A stretch of 64,000 nucleotides of DNA from Candidatus Woesearchaeota archaeon. Lineage in GTDB: Archaea > Nanobdellota > Nanobdellia > UBA10117 > ARS21. Of this stretch, positions 36,463 to 49,441 are shown one piece after another. The translations under genes were made by a program, and so were the position numbers. How positions within the stretch are numbered: the stretch's first letter is position 1; the number at the start of each line of letters is the position of its first letter. Below the pieces are notes generated by a model. It did not search any database and had not been told where the DNA came from. It saw nothing but the letters and a program-made list of their open reading frames with translations. The stretch spans positions 25,502 to 89,501 of the forward strand of contig CAYFOG010000002.1 of the NCBI GenBank assembly GCA_964344705.1, written 5' to 3'.

Positions 36463-37214
36463 ATCAAAACTCCAATAAGATTTCTTAATCCTTGCGCAAA
36501 TCCTAAAACAAATATTGCGATTAGAATTAAATTTGAGAATTCTTTTTCCTCACTCTTATTTAGTAAATAAAGAATTGGTACTATTATTGCTAATTTTAAT
36601 GGAATAAATGAAAAGGGTGAGCCTGTTTGTTCGATTACAAATCTTGGTAGGATGTGCTTCTCAAATCCTCCGAATATTGATAGAATTAATGCTGTATTGA
36701 CTGCGTCAAAGAGTTGTCCAGTGTACGCGAAAAGTGTTAGATTATTGGTAAACCATTCCTGTTTGAGATTCTTTGCGATAAGTATGCTAATCCAAGTTCC
36801 TGCGATTAGACTAAATATTATGCTCGGTAAGTAGTTCAAATTGTGGAAAGTTGGCATTCCATAATTTAGTGGAATAAATATCAGCGCAAGGACTCCAATT
36901 AATCTTGGTCTGCTTAAAAGCAATCCTGCCAAAAAGATTGCAGTCATTGTTAGATATATTCCTGGACTAACACTTAGGAAATTTTTGGGAATTAAATTTA
37001 CATCAACATATGCTCTGACTAATGCACCGAGAAAAATGTACGGAATTAAATCTATAGCTAAAGCGGAATTAATTTTTATGTTCTTTTTCTGAAAAATTTT
37101 ATGAATTAGATACAATCCTCCGAAAGCTAGAAGTGCATAAGTTAGTGTGTTTACTATATTATATTCATAAGTTGCACTGAATGGCTCAATAAAATATTTC
37201 TCTAGAAGTGCCAT
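36459..37214 (-). CDS. Polytopic integral membrane protein (251 aa), function unknown
   Basis: About 7-8 TM helices. Its start overlaps the 3' end of the P/Q-rich protein gene by 13 nt on the same strand. Confidence 0.5.
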   Translation of the reverse strand: MALLEKYFIEPFSATYEYNIVNTLTYALLAFGGLYLIHKIFQKKNIKINSALAIDLIPYIFLGALVRAYVDVNLIPKNFLSVSPGIYLTMTAIFLAGLLLSRPRLIGVLALIFIPLNYGMPTFHNLNYLPSIIFSLIAGTWISILIAKNLKQEWFTNNLTLFAYTGQLFDAVNTALILSIFGGFEKHILPRFVIEQTGSPFSFIPLKLAIIVPILYLLNKSEEKEFSNLILIAIFVLGFAQGLRNLIGVLI

Positions 37215-37702
37215 CCGCTATCTTCTTCCTCTTCCTCTTCTTGAGGTTGTCTTCTTAGCTGTTCTGGTTGCTGTAAAGATTGTGGTTGTTCATAACTTGG
37301 TTGAGGTTGAGGTTGAGGTTGCGCTGGTTGGATTGGCTGTTGAGGATTGAACGGATTTACTTGCGGTCTTGCTGGTTGGGGTTGTACTGGTTGCGGTCTT
37401 GGTTGAGCATTTGATCTGCTCTCGAGTGCAGACATACGCTGAGAAATTGATTCAACATTTCTTCGTAATTGCTCAAGAGTTGAATTGAGCATTTGAACAC
37501 TCCTTTGGATTGAATCAAGTTTTCCGTTGCTCGGTGCTACAGAAGGTATTTGTTTAAATCCCGATGATTCAGAACTTGAGTGCTCCATGTCTGCAGACGG
37601 TCCTGGAACGGCCGTTCCGCTTGGTTTTCCAAATTTTTCATCAAAATGGGGAAAATCTTCTTTCTTTTTCTTCAAAGGATTGATTTTATCCAGAAGTGCC
37701 AT
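37202..37702 (-). CDS. P/Q-rich low-complexity protein with N-terminal coiled coil and C-terminal EEEEEEDSGWHF
   Basis: IQRSVQMLNSTLEQLRRNVESISQRMSALE heptads, then the AQPRPQPVQPQPARPQVNPFNPQQPIQPAQPQPQPQP repeats. Confidence 0.5.
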   Translation of the reverse strand: MALLDKINPLKKKKEDFPHFDEKFGKPSGTAVPGPSADMEHSSSESSGFKQIPSVAPSNGKLDSIQRSVQMLNSTLEQLRRNVESISQRMSALESRSNAQPRPQPVQPQPARPQVNPFNPQQPIQPAQPQPQPQPSYEQPQSLQQPEQLRRQPQEEEEEEDSGWHF

Positions 37703-37786
37703 GCTATTTGGTGCTTTGGAAGCTTAAATAATTTGCGTAGATAGAACATTGGTAAAGTATTAATATAATCAGAGCAATTTGCTAAT

Positions 37787-39184
37787 ATGTCCAGAAAAAA
37801 GTCTAAAGGTTCTTCCAAGCATGAAGAAGCGATTTGGGATAAGCAAGGCTCCAAGGAAATTCATTATGAGAATTTTGCTGAAGGTATTGAAAAATTCTAT
37901 TTCTGGGTGACTGATTTTCTTGAAAGCAATCTTCACTATAAGCTTAGCAAAATTGAAGATACTTCATTTGCAAGTGTTGGTTCTTCTCAATGGGGTTTGA
38001 TTGAACAGCGAAAGTCAATTCAGCAAGATAAGGCTGCTCAATATATGGGTACAATTGGTGGAATGATTAAGAGCATGATGCAGATTTACAAGGAATTGAA
38101 AATTATTGATGAACGTCTCAATTATTACAAAGAGGCAGATTCTGGAAGCGTTGCGGCGGAAATTGCTCTGAAATCTCTTTGGATTGATCTGGTGGAAGGC
38201 GGAGCAAAGCAACCTACTTCCGTTCTTGGATTGGCATCACAAGTTGGTTTTGTTACTTTACCTGATTTATTCTTTAATATAAATCCAAAAGATGAAAAGT
38301 CTGTTGACAAAACGGTTGATGCTGCTAAACTAGAAACGAATGTTCAAGTTAAGAATATCTTGAAACGAAAGTTAAAGCAATATATGACTTGGAGAACTCG
38401 AACTAAATCAGAACTGGCGACTCGGCGTTATTTCAATATCAAATATTTGGCTCAGCACTTTAATGTAATTAAGATGTATGCGGATTGGGCAAAACCATAC
38501 TTACAAAATATTGGTAGATTGAATCAAAATGTTCAAGAAGAATACTCTTACCAATTGCTTGAGGGAAGTGAAAGTACTGTTGCAGATATTGAATTAATGG
38601 GTCAACGATTGATTAAAGAGCGGGACTCAGAATTTGAACATGTTTTTCCAGTCATGGTCGTGAGCTTTCATCATAGAACTCGACCTGTTAGCGCCTATCA
38701 ACAAGAGCAACATCGTGGAAGTTTACACATTGGCAGAGTTGAAATAACTTTTACAAGTTATCTTGCAAACAAAAAAGGAATTGAGGAGTATAAAAACAAA
38801 AAGAAAACTGAAACTTTTAAACTTCTTAAGACGGTTGATGCTTCTATGAGTGCTTTGTTAGACAGTCCAGACTCGAAGGCTGAGTTTGAAGGTTATCTGA
38901 AGGAGGCTGAAGGAATTGAGGAGAAGCAAGCAGAAGATGGGAAAAAGGTTAAAGGGCGATCTGGCTTTGGAGGTTTTGAGATTTTTATTCCGGAATATTT
39001 TAAGAAATCACGACGAGAGGCTCGTTCAAAGGCGAAAAGTGGGAAGGCGGCTCTGCTAGCTGCAAGAAAAAAGGCTGAAGAAACAACTACTGAAAAGGCA
39101 CTTGCTAAAATTATTGCAAAAGAAGATGTTGATACTATTTTCAAGACCTTTAAGATTGTCCACGGAATGTTGGTAAGAAATTAA
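37787..39184 (+). CDS. Hypothetical protein (465 aa), first gene of a co-directional four-gene block
   Basis: Long ORF with a Lys-rich C-terminal tail. No enzymatic motif recognised. Confidence 0.5.
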   Translation: MSRKKSKGSSKHEEAIWDKQGSKEIHYENFAEGIEKFYFWVTDFLESNLHYKLSKIEDTSFASVGSSQWGLIEQRKSIQQDKAAQYMGTIGGMIKSMMQIYKELKIIDERLNYYKEADSGSVAAEIALKSLWIDLVEGGAKQPTSVLGLASQVGFVTLPDLFFNINPKDEKSVDKTVDAAKLETNVQVKNILKRKLKQYMTWRTRTKSELATRRYFNIKYLAQHFNVIKMYADWAKPYLQNIGRLNQNVQEEYSYQLLEGSESTVADIELMGQRLIKERDSEFEHVFPVMVVSFHHRTRPVSAYQQEQHRGSLHIGRVEITFTSYLANKKGIEEYKNKKKTETFKLLKTVDASMSALLDSPDSKAEFEGYLKEAEGIEEKQAEDGKKVKGRSGFGGFEIFIPEYFKKSRREARSKAKSGKAALLAARKKAEETTTEKALAKIIAKEDVDTIFKTFKIVHGMLVRN

Positions 39185-39185
39185 A

Positions 39186-39686
39186 ATGATTGGTCCAAAA
39201 GAATGGGAAGAATTGAAAAAAGAAATTGCTAAGCTTGATCCAATCTTGAGAATAAAGCGTTTGAAGCAAGCTCTAATTCGTACAGCAGATTCTAAGATTA
39301 AACGTGAAATTGATGAGTTGATTCTGAAAGCTGAGTCTGATTCTATTGAATTTTTTGATTCTCGAAAAGTGAAGCCTGTGTTGCCTCAACACTCACTTGA
39401 AAAATTAGTTAGTGATCGAAAATTTGAAGAGGGGCGACAAGATAGAAAGATTGAAGATATTGCAAGTGAAGAAAGCGGTTTGACTGATTCTGAAGTTAAA
39501 CAAAAAGCTGCTGATTATGATCCAAATAAGAAAAATGAGTTTTATGAATCTGATACGAGTGAAAGTATAACTTACAAGCCGGTCGAGCACGATGCTTTCG
39601 GTGTTAAGTTTGAAGACAACAGCTTAAATAGAAGAAAGGACTATGTAAATAAGGAGGAAGTTGATTTTAATGGCGCACGATCATAA
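39186..39686 (+). CDS. Hypothetical charged/helical protein (166 aa)
   Basis: Starts 2 nt after the upstream stop and overlaps the downstream gene by 26 nt, indicating operon organisation. Confidence 0.45.
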   Translation: MIGPKEWEELKKEIAKLDPILRIKRLKQALIRTADSKIKREIDELILKAESDSIEFFDSRKVKPVLPQHSLEKLVSDRKFEEGRQDRKIEDIASEESGLTDSEVKQKAADYDPNKKNEFYESDTSESITYKPVEHDAFGVKFEDNSLNRRKDYVNKEEVDFNGARS

Positions 39687-41616
39687 TCATGGACACAATC
39701 ATCACCATCCTGAGACTCCGGAAGTTCCAAAATATTGGCATTCTATGGATTCAAAACAGTGGAGTTCTGAGGCAGACCGAGTGAAATTGGGTATTAGTAC
39801 TCCTCCGATGCAAGACCAACTTCAAAGTATTCAAGCGCGGATTCGTCAGGGTGCTACGGCAGTAGAATTGGGTTTTTTGGGTACAGGAAAGGGTTCAGCA
39901 GGACAAGGTGCTTTTACTCCCGGAACGGTTGGTATTCCTGAACGTGAAGCTATTCGAGACATTGCCAAAGTTAATGATGTTAAGGTTTCATCGGTTCATT
40001 CTTCTATGAAGATTCAAGGTTTGGCAGGTTTTGATGGTCGGCAAGGATTTAGTGAGGCTAAGCGAGCGCAAGATATGGAAGAAGTCCGACGAACAATTGA
40101 TTTTGCCGGAGATGTTACAGATGGCGGTGCGGTTGTCGTTCATACTGGAGAGTTTCCATATAGTATTCAAGGAAAGCATGGAGAGACTCCATTCAAGACA
40201 AAGAGTGGAAAACCAATTAAATTTACTGAAGGATATGTTACATCTCAACGCGCGCCGAACTATTTAATTGATATTCAAACAGGTAAGCTTGCTTCAGATA
40301 TTGGTCCAAACTTCAGAGTTAAATATTTGGAAAAGAAGCCGGGCACAGAATTGAAGTTTGAAGAAAGGACTAAAGTTTATGACGATTTTGTTAAAGATGC
40401 TAGTTTTAACTTAAAAAGTGAGGAAAGGAAACTCGCAAACATGGAAGAATTCAAAAAGTACAATCAAGGAAAAACATTAAGTGATTCTGAATATAAGAAT
40501 ACTTATGGTGATCCGGGATGGGTCGCGTTACACTTTCAAATTAAAGAAGGTATTACGCAAAGCAAATCCGATGAACTTTGGCACAAGGCAAGATATCAAG
40601 AATATAAAAATGATTTTGATCAGTCTAAGATTCAGTTAAAATTAGCAGAAGCGTTACATTCACGTTCAGGTGTTTCTGTTCCTGCTGCGGAAGGCCAGAG
40701 GCGTATTGATGATTTACGACGTAAAGTTGAGCTCTCTAGACATCATGTCAAAGCTGAAGAAGAGTATATAAAAAGATATGACCTTCAGAGAAAAAATGCA
40801 TATGAACAGCTGTATAATATTCGTCCAATCGAGGCTTATGGTATTCAAAAAACTTCTGAGTCAATTGCCGAACTAGCGCTTGATGCGGCTAAAGTTACTC
40901 GCGATAAGAAATTGAAAAATCCTTTGTTTGTTGCTCCCGAAAACTTGTGGGGTGATCAGTATGGTGCGCATCCCAAAGATTTACGAAAGATTATTGTTGA
41001 TTCTCGAGCGAAAGCTGTTGAATTTATGACTGCTGATAAAATTAAAATACATGGTGAGGAAGTTAATAATCCATTCAAAGGCAGAGTTAAGAAAGCGCTT
41101 GGACATATTCCTTCTAAATCTGAAGCAAAAAAGATTGCTGAAAATCATATCAAAGCAACGTTTGATATTGGACATGCGAATATTTGGAGAAAGTATTTTG
41201 ACGGAGATGAAAAAGAATTCAAATCTTGGATGGGTCACGAAGTTGATAAGTTGACTAAAGATGGAATAATTGGTCATGTTCATGTTTCAGATAATTTTGG
41301 ATATAATGATGAACATCTCCCTCCCGGTTATGGAAACGCTCCGATTAAAGAATTTTTGACTCATATGCAGAAATCTGGTTTTGAGAAGGAATACATTGTT
41401 GAGCCCGCTCATCATGATGTTGGGGCACTCCATGCAGGAATGGAATTTTTACAAACTCCAATTTACAGAATTGATACTCAAACTCATCGATGGACTTCTC
41501 CTGAACGATCTTATTTCGGTCAAACTCATGTTCCAGGTTTTGTTACTCCCGGATATTTACCTCACGCAGGTGGAGAAAGAAAACCAATGGTTTGGTCTGA
41601 ATTGCCGCTAGAATAA
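39661..41616 (+). CDS. His-rich xylose-isomerase-like TIM-barrel protein (sugar-phosphate isomerase / endonuclease-IV-like fold) with a ~300-aa helical insertion
   Basis: N-terminal HDHNHGHNHHHPE. Barrel motifs ATAVELGF, GGAVVVHTGEF, FDIGHANIW and IGHVHVSDNFGYNDEHLPPGYGNAPIKEF match the hxHxhD....D.H...PG.G.i signature. The motifs are separated by a long charged insertion. Confidence 0.45.
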   Translation: MILMAHDHNHGHNHHHPETPEVPKYWHSMDSKQWSSEADRVKLGISTPPMQDQLQSIQARIRQGATAVELGFLGTGKGSAGQGAFTPGTVGIPEREAIRDIAKVNDVKVSSVHSSMKIQGLAGFDGRQGFSEAKRAQDMEEVRRTIDFAGDVTDGGAVVVHTGEFPYSIQGKHGETPFKTKSGKPIKFTEGYVTSQRAPNYLIDIQTGKLASDIGPNFRVKYLEKKPGTELKFEERTKVYDDFVKDASFNLKSEERKLANMEEFKKYNQGKTLSDSEYKNTYGDPGWVALHFQIKEGITQSKSDELWHKARYQEYKNDFDQSKIQLKLAEALHSRSGVSVPAAEGQRRIDDLRRKVELSRHHVKAEEEYIKRYDLQRKNAYEQLYNIRPIEAYGIQKTSESIAELALDAAKVTRDKKLKNPLFVAPENLWGDQYGAHPKDLRKIIVDSRAKAVEFMTADKIKIHGEEVNNPFKGRVKKALGHIPSKSEAKKIAENHIKATFDIGHANIWRKYFDGDEKEFKSWMGHEVDKLTKDGIIGHVHVSDNFGYNDEHLPPGYGNAPIKEFLTHMQKSGFEKEYIVEPAHHDVGALHAGMEFLQTPIYRIDTQTHRWTSPERSYFGQTHVPGFVTPGYLPHAGGERKPMVWSELPLE

Positions 41617-41653
41617 ACCCTACCAAAATTATTTATAGTCTGAAGCATACTAT

Positions 41654-42466
41654 TTGATTATGAAGTTTAAGTACCAACGACGTGAAAATACTCTTGAATC
41701 CAAATATCCTAAACTTGATAGAGATATTGCTCGGAAGTTTGCTAAACTTGTTAGTGCTGAGCTAGGCGATTTAGTTTCAGCGCTTGTGTTGTTTGGTTCT
41801 GCTGCTCGAGGAAAATCTAAAAAGAATAGCGATATTGATATTTTACTTGTTGTAGATGATGTTCACATTAATATGAACAAAGAATTAGTTGAAACTTATC
41901 GCATTCTTGTACAGAAAGCTGTTGCAAAAGTTAATCCAGACCGACTTCACGTTCAAACGTTGCCACTAACTACTTTTTGGGAATATGTTCGTGCTGGAGA
42001 TCCTGTCGCAGTAAACATTTTACGTGATGGAATAGCATTGATTGACCGGGGTTTCTTTGACCCTCTTCAAATTCTTTTATTGAATGGTAGAATCCGCCCT
42101 TCTGGAGAATCAGTTCATACCTATTTGAATATGGCGTATTCCAGTTTGAACCGTTCAAAATCTGGATTGGATAATGCTGTTGTTGACTTGTATTGGGCGA
42201 CCATTGATGCGGCTCATGCAGCGCTTATGAGTATTGGTGAAGTTCCAACCAGTCCAAGCACAGTTGCGGATATGATTGATGAAAAGCTTGTCAAGCAGAG
42301 ATATGTGGGTAAAAAATACTCAGATATAATGCGCCATATGTATGAAGTCTCAAAGCGAATAATGAAGCGAGAGATTAGCAATCTTGATGGCAAAACATAT
42401 GACAGATATCTAAAACATGCAGAAGATTTTGTTGAAGCAATGAAGAAAGTGGTTAATCATAAGTGA
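41654..42466 (+). CDS. Pol-beta-superfamily nucleotidyltransferase-domain protein (270 aa)
   Basis: LVLFGSAARGKSKKNSDIDILLVVDD is a GS...DxD nucleotidyltransferase motif. C-terminal helical domain about 150 aa. Confidence 0.6.
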   Translation: MIMKFKYQRRENTLESKYPKLDRDIARKFAKLVSAELGDLVSALVLFGSAARGKSKKNSDIDILLVVDDVHINMNKELVETYRILVQKAVAKVNPDRLHVQTLPLTTFWEYVRAGDPVAVNILRDGIALIDRGFFDPLQILLLNGRIRPSGESVHTYLNMAYSSLNRSKSGLDNAVVDLYWATIDAAHAALMSIGEVPTSPSTVADMIDEKLVKQRYVGKKYSDIMRHMYEVSKRIMKREISNLDGKTYDRYLKHAEDFVEAMKKVVNHK

Positions 42467-43126
42467 TTAGTTTAGATATTCAATTAATTCTTCTAGAGTG
42501 TTAATGCCCATTCTTGCGCCCATTTCTGGAAGTGCGTTATTTACTAAATCAATAATTCCTGCCCTTTCAAGTTTGTTCGAAACTTGTTCAATTATTTCTT
42601 GATTTTCAGATAAATAAGCAAGATGATTTGGTTTGGTGATTATATTATTCATTAGACTGACAATTACATTCCCAACTACTGATTTCTCTTCGCCCTCTAC
42701 TTCTGTAAGATAGTCAATAGAATTTCTTAGATAATTAAGGATATTTTCAGAGCTTTCATTCATAACAAATCTTATTGGAGATAGTCCTTCACATAGATTA
42801 TTTAATAAGCTATTTAAGTTGTCAATATTTGTTGGATCTGATTGATAATTATTCATCAATTCTTTTGGAATTATTTCAGAAGAATGCATCATTAGTCCAG
42901 CTTTCAAAGGAATATTATTATTTATTTCTTCAATTGTATGATTATGACCGTAAGCTCGAGCAGTAGTTTCTAGTAGAAATTCATTAACTTTATTGTATGC
43001 GACCGGATTGTTTTCTCCTCTTACATCAATAAGTTTTTGCATTAAGTCGTAGTGTGCGCTTGTTTTGAAGTCTTCTTGCTCTTTACCAACTGCTCTGATT
43101 TGTTGTGCATATAACCATTCTGTCAT
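42467..43126 (-). CDS. Hypothetical protein (219 aa), Asn-rich
   Basis: ORF placed between the two nucleotidyltransferase paralogs on the opposite strand. Confidence 0.45.
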   Translation of the reverse strand: MTEWLYAQQIRAVGKEQEDFKTSAHYDLMQKLIDVRGENNPVAYNKVNEFLLETTARAYGHNHTIEEINNNIPLKAGLMMHSSEIIPKELMNNYQSDPTNIDNLNSLLNNLCEGLSPIRFVMNESSENILNYLRNSIDYLTEVEGEEKSVVGNVIVSLMNNIITKPNHLAYLSENQEIIEQVSNKLERAGIIDLVNNALPEMGARMGINTLEELIEYLN

Positions 43127-43218
43127 TTAATTTGTCTTAAGTTTTGATTTAAAACTATTTTGTTCTGACCTTGAAAATGTTAGAAAACATTTAAAACCAT
43201 GTGTTTCGTTTGTAGTTT

Positions 43219-45066
43219 ATGGTCAATAGTCCAAATCCTTCTCAAGATTTAACAAGTAATGAGAAATTAAAAGAGATGTTTGGTAAATTTAACGAATCTC
43301 AGCAAAGTTCTAAGCAAAAAGCTATGGATGAATTGAACAAAGTTCTTGATAAAGTTCAACCGACTGCTGAAAAGATTAAAGATTCTTTGTTAAAGCGGCA
43401 TAAGAAGGAAATACTCGGTGCAGTTTTGACTATGCGACCTTCTGCTCCAAAACCTGGTGGAAAACCTAAACTGAATCCTAATTTGATTATTGTTTCTGAA
43501 TTGAGAAATAAATCTCCAAAGGAAAAAATGACTCATATTGCAGATATTGAGAAAGATGGAAACAGTATGACTAAAACAAGCGGTCTTAGAGTAACTTCTG
43601 TTTTGCTTGAAGAGATTTGGGATTTTGCAACGCGAGGTCAATATGATATTATGCGTAGTATTGTTTCTGGAAGATTGATTCATGACGAAGGTGATTGGAT
43701 AAAATCTCTGAAAGCTGTTGAGATTCATAAAATTAAGATGCTCAAGAAATTTGAGAAATATGTTGTGTCTTATGTTATGGCTGGTTCTCTAATTCGTGGA
43801 GAGGCGACTCCCGATTCAGATATTGATGTTTCCATTGTGATTGATGATACTGATGTAACTCGAACCACTTCTAATGAATTGGTTTTACGGCTACGCGATA
43901 TTTCTGCTCGATTTGCACGTGATGCAGAGCAAGAAGTTGGTATTCGAGGGAAGCTTAATGTTCAAGTTTGGATTTTGACTCGTTTGTGGGCGGGTTTGCG
44001 AAGAGCTGAGCCAGTGTTTTATACTACAATTCGAGATGGAGTCCCTCTTTATGATCGAGGAATGTTTGCTCCGTGGAAATTAATGCTGAAACGAGGTTTG
44101 CTGACTCCAACACCGGAATCTATTCAAAAATATGTTAAGGATGGTAAAAATTATTTGAATCGAATTAAGATAAAATTCCGAGATATTGCTATTGAAGATT
44201 TATTTTGGTCAACAATCTTTCCGGCACAGGGAGTGTTAATGCTTCTGGGCGTTCCTCCAGGCAGTCCGAATCATATTTCTGGTCAGCTTCGAGAACATAT
44301 GGTCAAGAAAGGATATCTTGAGGAGAAGTATGTCAAAATTTGGGATAGATTGCATAAACTTCGGAAGGATGTTGAGTATGGAAAAGTCAAAGAAGTTAAG
44401 CTTGAAGTTATGACTAAGAATTATAAGGAGGGTGTTGAATTTGTTGAAAGACTTGAGAAGGCATACAAAGATATTGAAAAGAAACTAGTTAATTCAAAGA
44501 TTAAATCTGTTAAGGCAAAATCAATTGAAGATGTTCAGTTGGTGCTAAAGGTTGCTGGAGTCAAGGCAAGCAAGAGTGGTGTAAAGAATGCATTGAAATC
44601 TGAATTGATTTCAAAGGGTCTTGCTAGTTCAAAGTATCTTGAGTTGATTAATTCTGCTGAGAAGTTGGATAGCAACCGATCGAGTTTAACTGAAGTTGAG
44701 AGTTTGGAATTTGGTTTGGATAAAGTTAGGGATGAAACTATTGATATTATTAATGCTGAAAAAGGTTTGAATAAAGATAGGTTTAGATTAATGTTGAGAT
44801 ATGGTTCAGGTGAAAGTCAAAGAACTGCACATTTGTGGCTGTTTAATACTGAAGTGTTTATTGTAAAGATGGGTGCTGGTCAAGCTGAAATTACTAAGTA
44901 TGAAGTTGGTAAGAAAGGTGTGTTGAAAAATGGTAAACCAAGTACTTTGAAAGTTCTTGAAAAGAAATTAGCAACTTTTGATGGTGCGCCAACACAAGTA
45001 TCCACAAAAATGATTACTTCCTTGAAAGAATTGTTGGATGATAATTTAAGAATGTTTGTCGGTTAA
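43219..45066 (+). CDS. Large nucleotidyltransferase-domain protein (615 aa), paralogous to the 41654 gene
   Basis: YVMAGSLIRGEATPDSDIDVSIVIDD NTase motif. The downstream segment TIRDGVPLYDRGMFAPWKLMLKRGLL parallels ILRDGIALIDRGFFDPLQILLLNGRI of the 270-aa protein. N- and C-terminal extensions. Confidence 0.55.
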   Translation: MVNSPNPSQDLTSNEKLKEMFGKFNESQQSSKQKAMDELNKVLDKVQPTAEKIKDSLLKRHKKEILGAVLTMRPSAPKPGGKPKLNPNLIIVSELRNKSPKEKMTHIADIEKDGNSMTKTSGLRVTSVLLEEIWDFATRGQYDIMRSIVSGRLIHDEGDWIKSLKAVEIHKIKMLKKFEKYVVSYVMAGSLIRGEATPDSDIDVSIVIDDTDVTRTTSNELVLRLRDISARFARDAEQEVGIRGKLNVQVWILTRLWAGLRRAEPVFYTTIRDGVPLYDRGMFAPWKLMLKRGLLTPTPESIQKYVKDGKNYLNRIKIKFRDIAIEDLFWSTIFPAQGVLMLLGVPPGSPNHISGQLREHMVKKGYLEEKYVKIWDRLHKLRKDVEYGKVKEVKLEVMTKNYKEGVEFVERLEKAYKDIEKKLVNSKIKSVKAKSIEDVQLVLKVAGVKASKSGVKNALKSELISKGLASSKYLELINSAEKLDSNRSSLTEVESLEFGLDKVRDETIDIINAEKGLNKDRFRLMLRYGSGESQRTAHLWLFNTEVFIVKMGAGQAEITKYEVGKKGVLKNGKPSTLKVLEKKLATFDGAPTQVSTKMITSLKELLDDNLRMFVG

Positions 45067-45482
45067 AGCAATTGAACGTTTCTTACGTTTTGATGATACA
45101 TTTTTACTATTTCTTTAAGTTGTCTCAAAGTCTTTTTTCCGTTGCTATTTAGTTTTTTTCTATCTTCGGGATTTTTTAATAAGATTGCTAGCGTTCCTCG
45201 AACAACTTTTGAAGAATTGAAAGGGATTGGATAAATAAATTTTTCAATTGTCTCGTCAAGAGTTTGACCTCGTTCAATAATCTTAATATCTTTCTTCAGT
45301 GCAGAACTTATTGCTTTGGCTTTTGCTCCATTTTGTCCAACTGCTTTTTTTGCATCTCCGCTTTCAACTACAAAAATTATTGTTTCATTGACTCCGATGC
45401 AATTTATTGGTGAAACGCCAGTTTTATCTTTAAAGAAGGCCATCGTTCTGAGAGTATGATTATCTAAACTAATCGTTGGCAT
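45063..45482 (-). CDS. nusA: Archaeal NusA homolog (two KH domains)
   Basis: 139 aa. GxxG-like KH loops (VGQNGAKAKAI; VVRGTLAILLK). Conserved position after L30e at the end of the RNAP operon. Confidence 0.7.
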   Translation of the reverse strand: MPTISLDNHTLRTMAFFKDKTGVSPINCIGVNETIIFVVESGDAKKAVGQNGAKAKAISSALKKDIKIIERGQTLDETIEKFIYPIPFNSSKVVRGTLAILLKNPEDRKKLNSNGKKTLRQLKEIVKMYHQNVRNVQLL

Positions 45483-45487
45483 GATAA

Positions 45488-49437
<3,950 letters not shown>

Positions 49438-49441
<4 letters not shown>

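Noticed and set aside
41654-42466. HEPN domain (Rx4-6H) in the C-terminal half of the 270-aa NTase protein, which would make it a fused MNT-HEPN toxin-antitoxin-like protein
   Set aside because: No convincing R-x4-6-H motif could be placed by eye (the candidates RHMYE and RLHKLRK do not fit the spacing). Left as an unassigned helical domain pending an HMM search.
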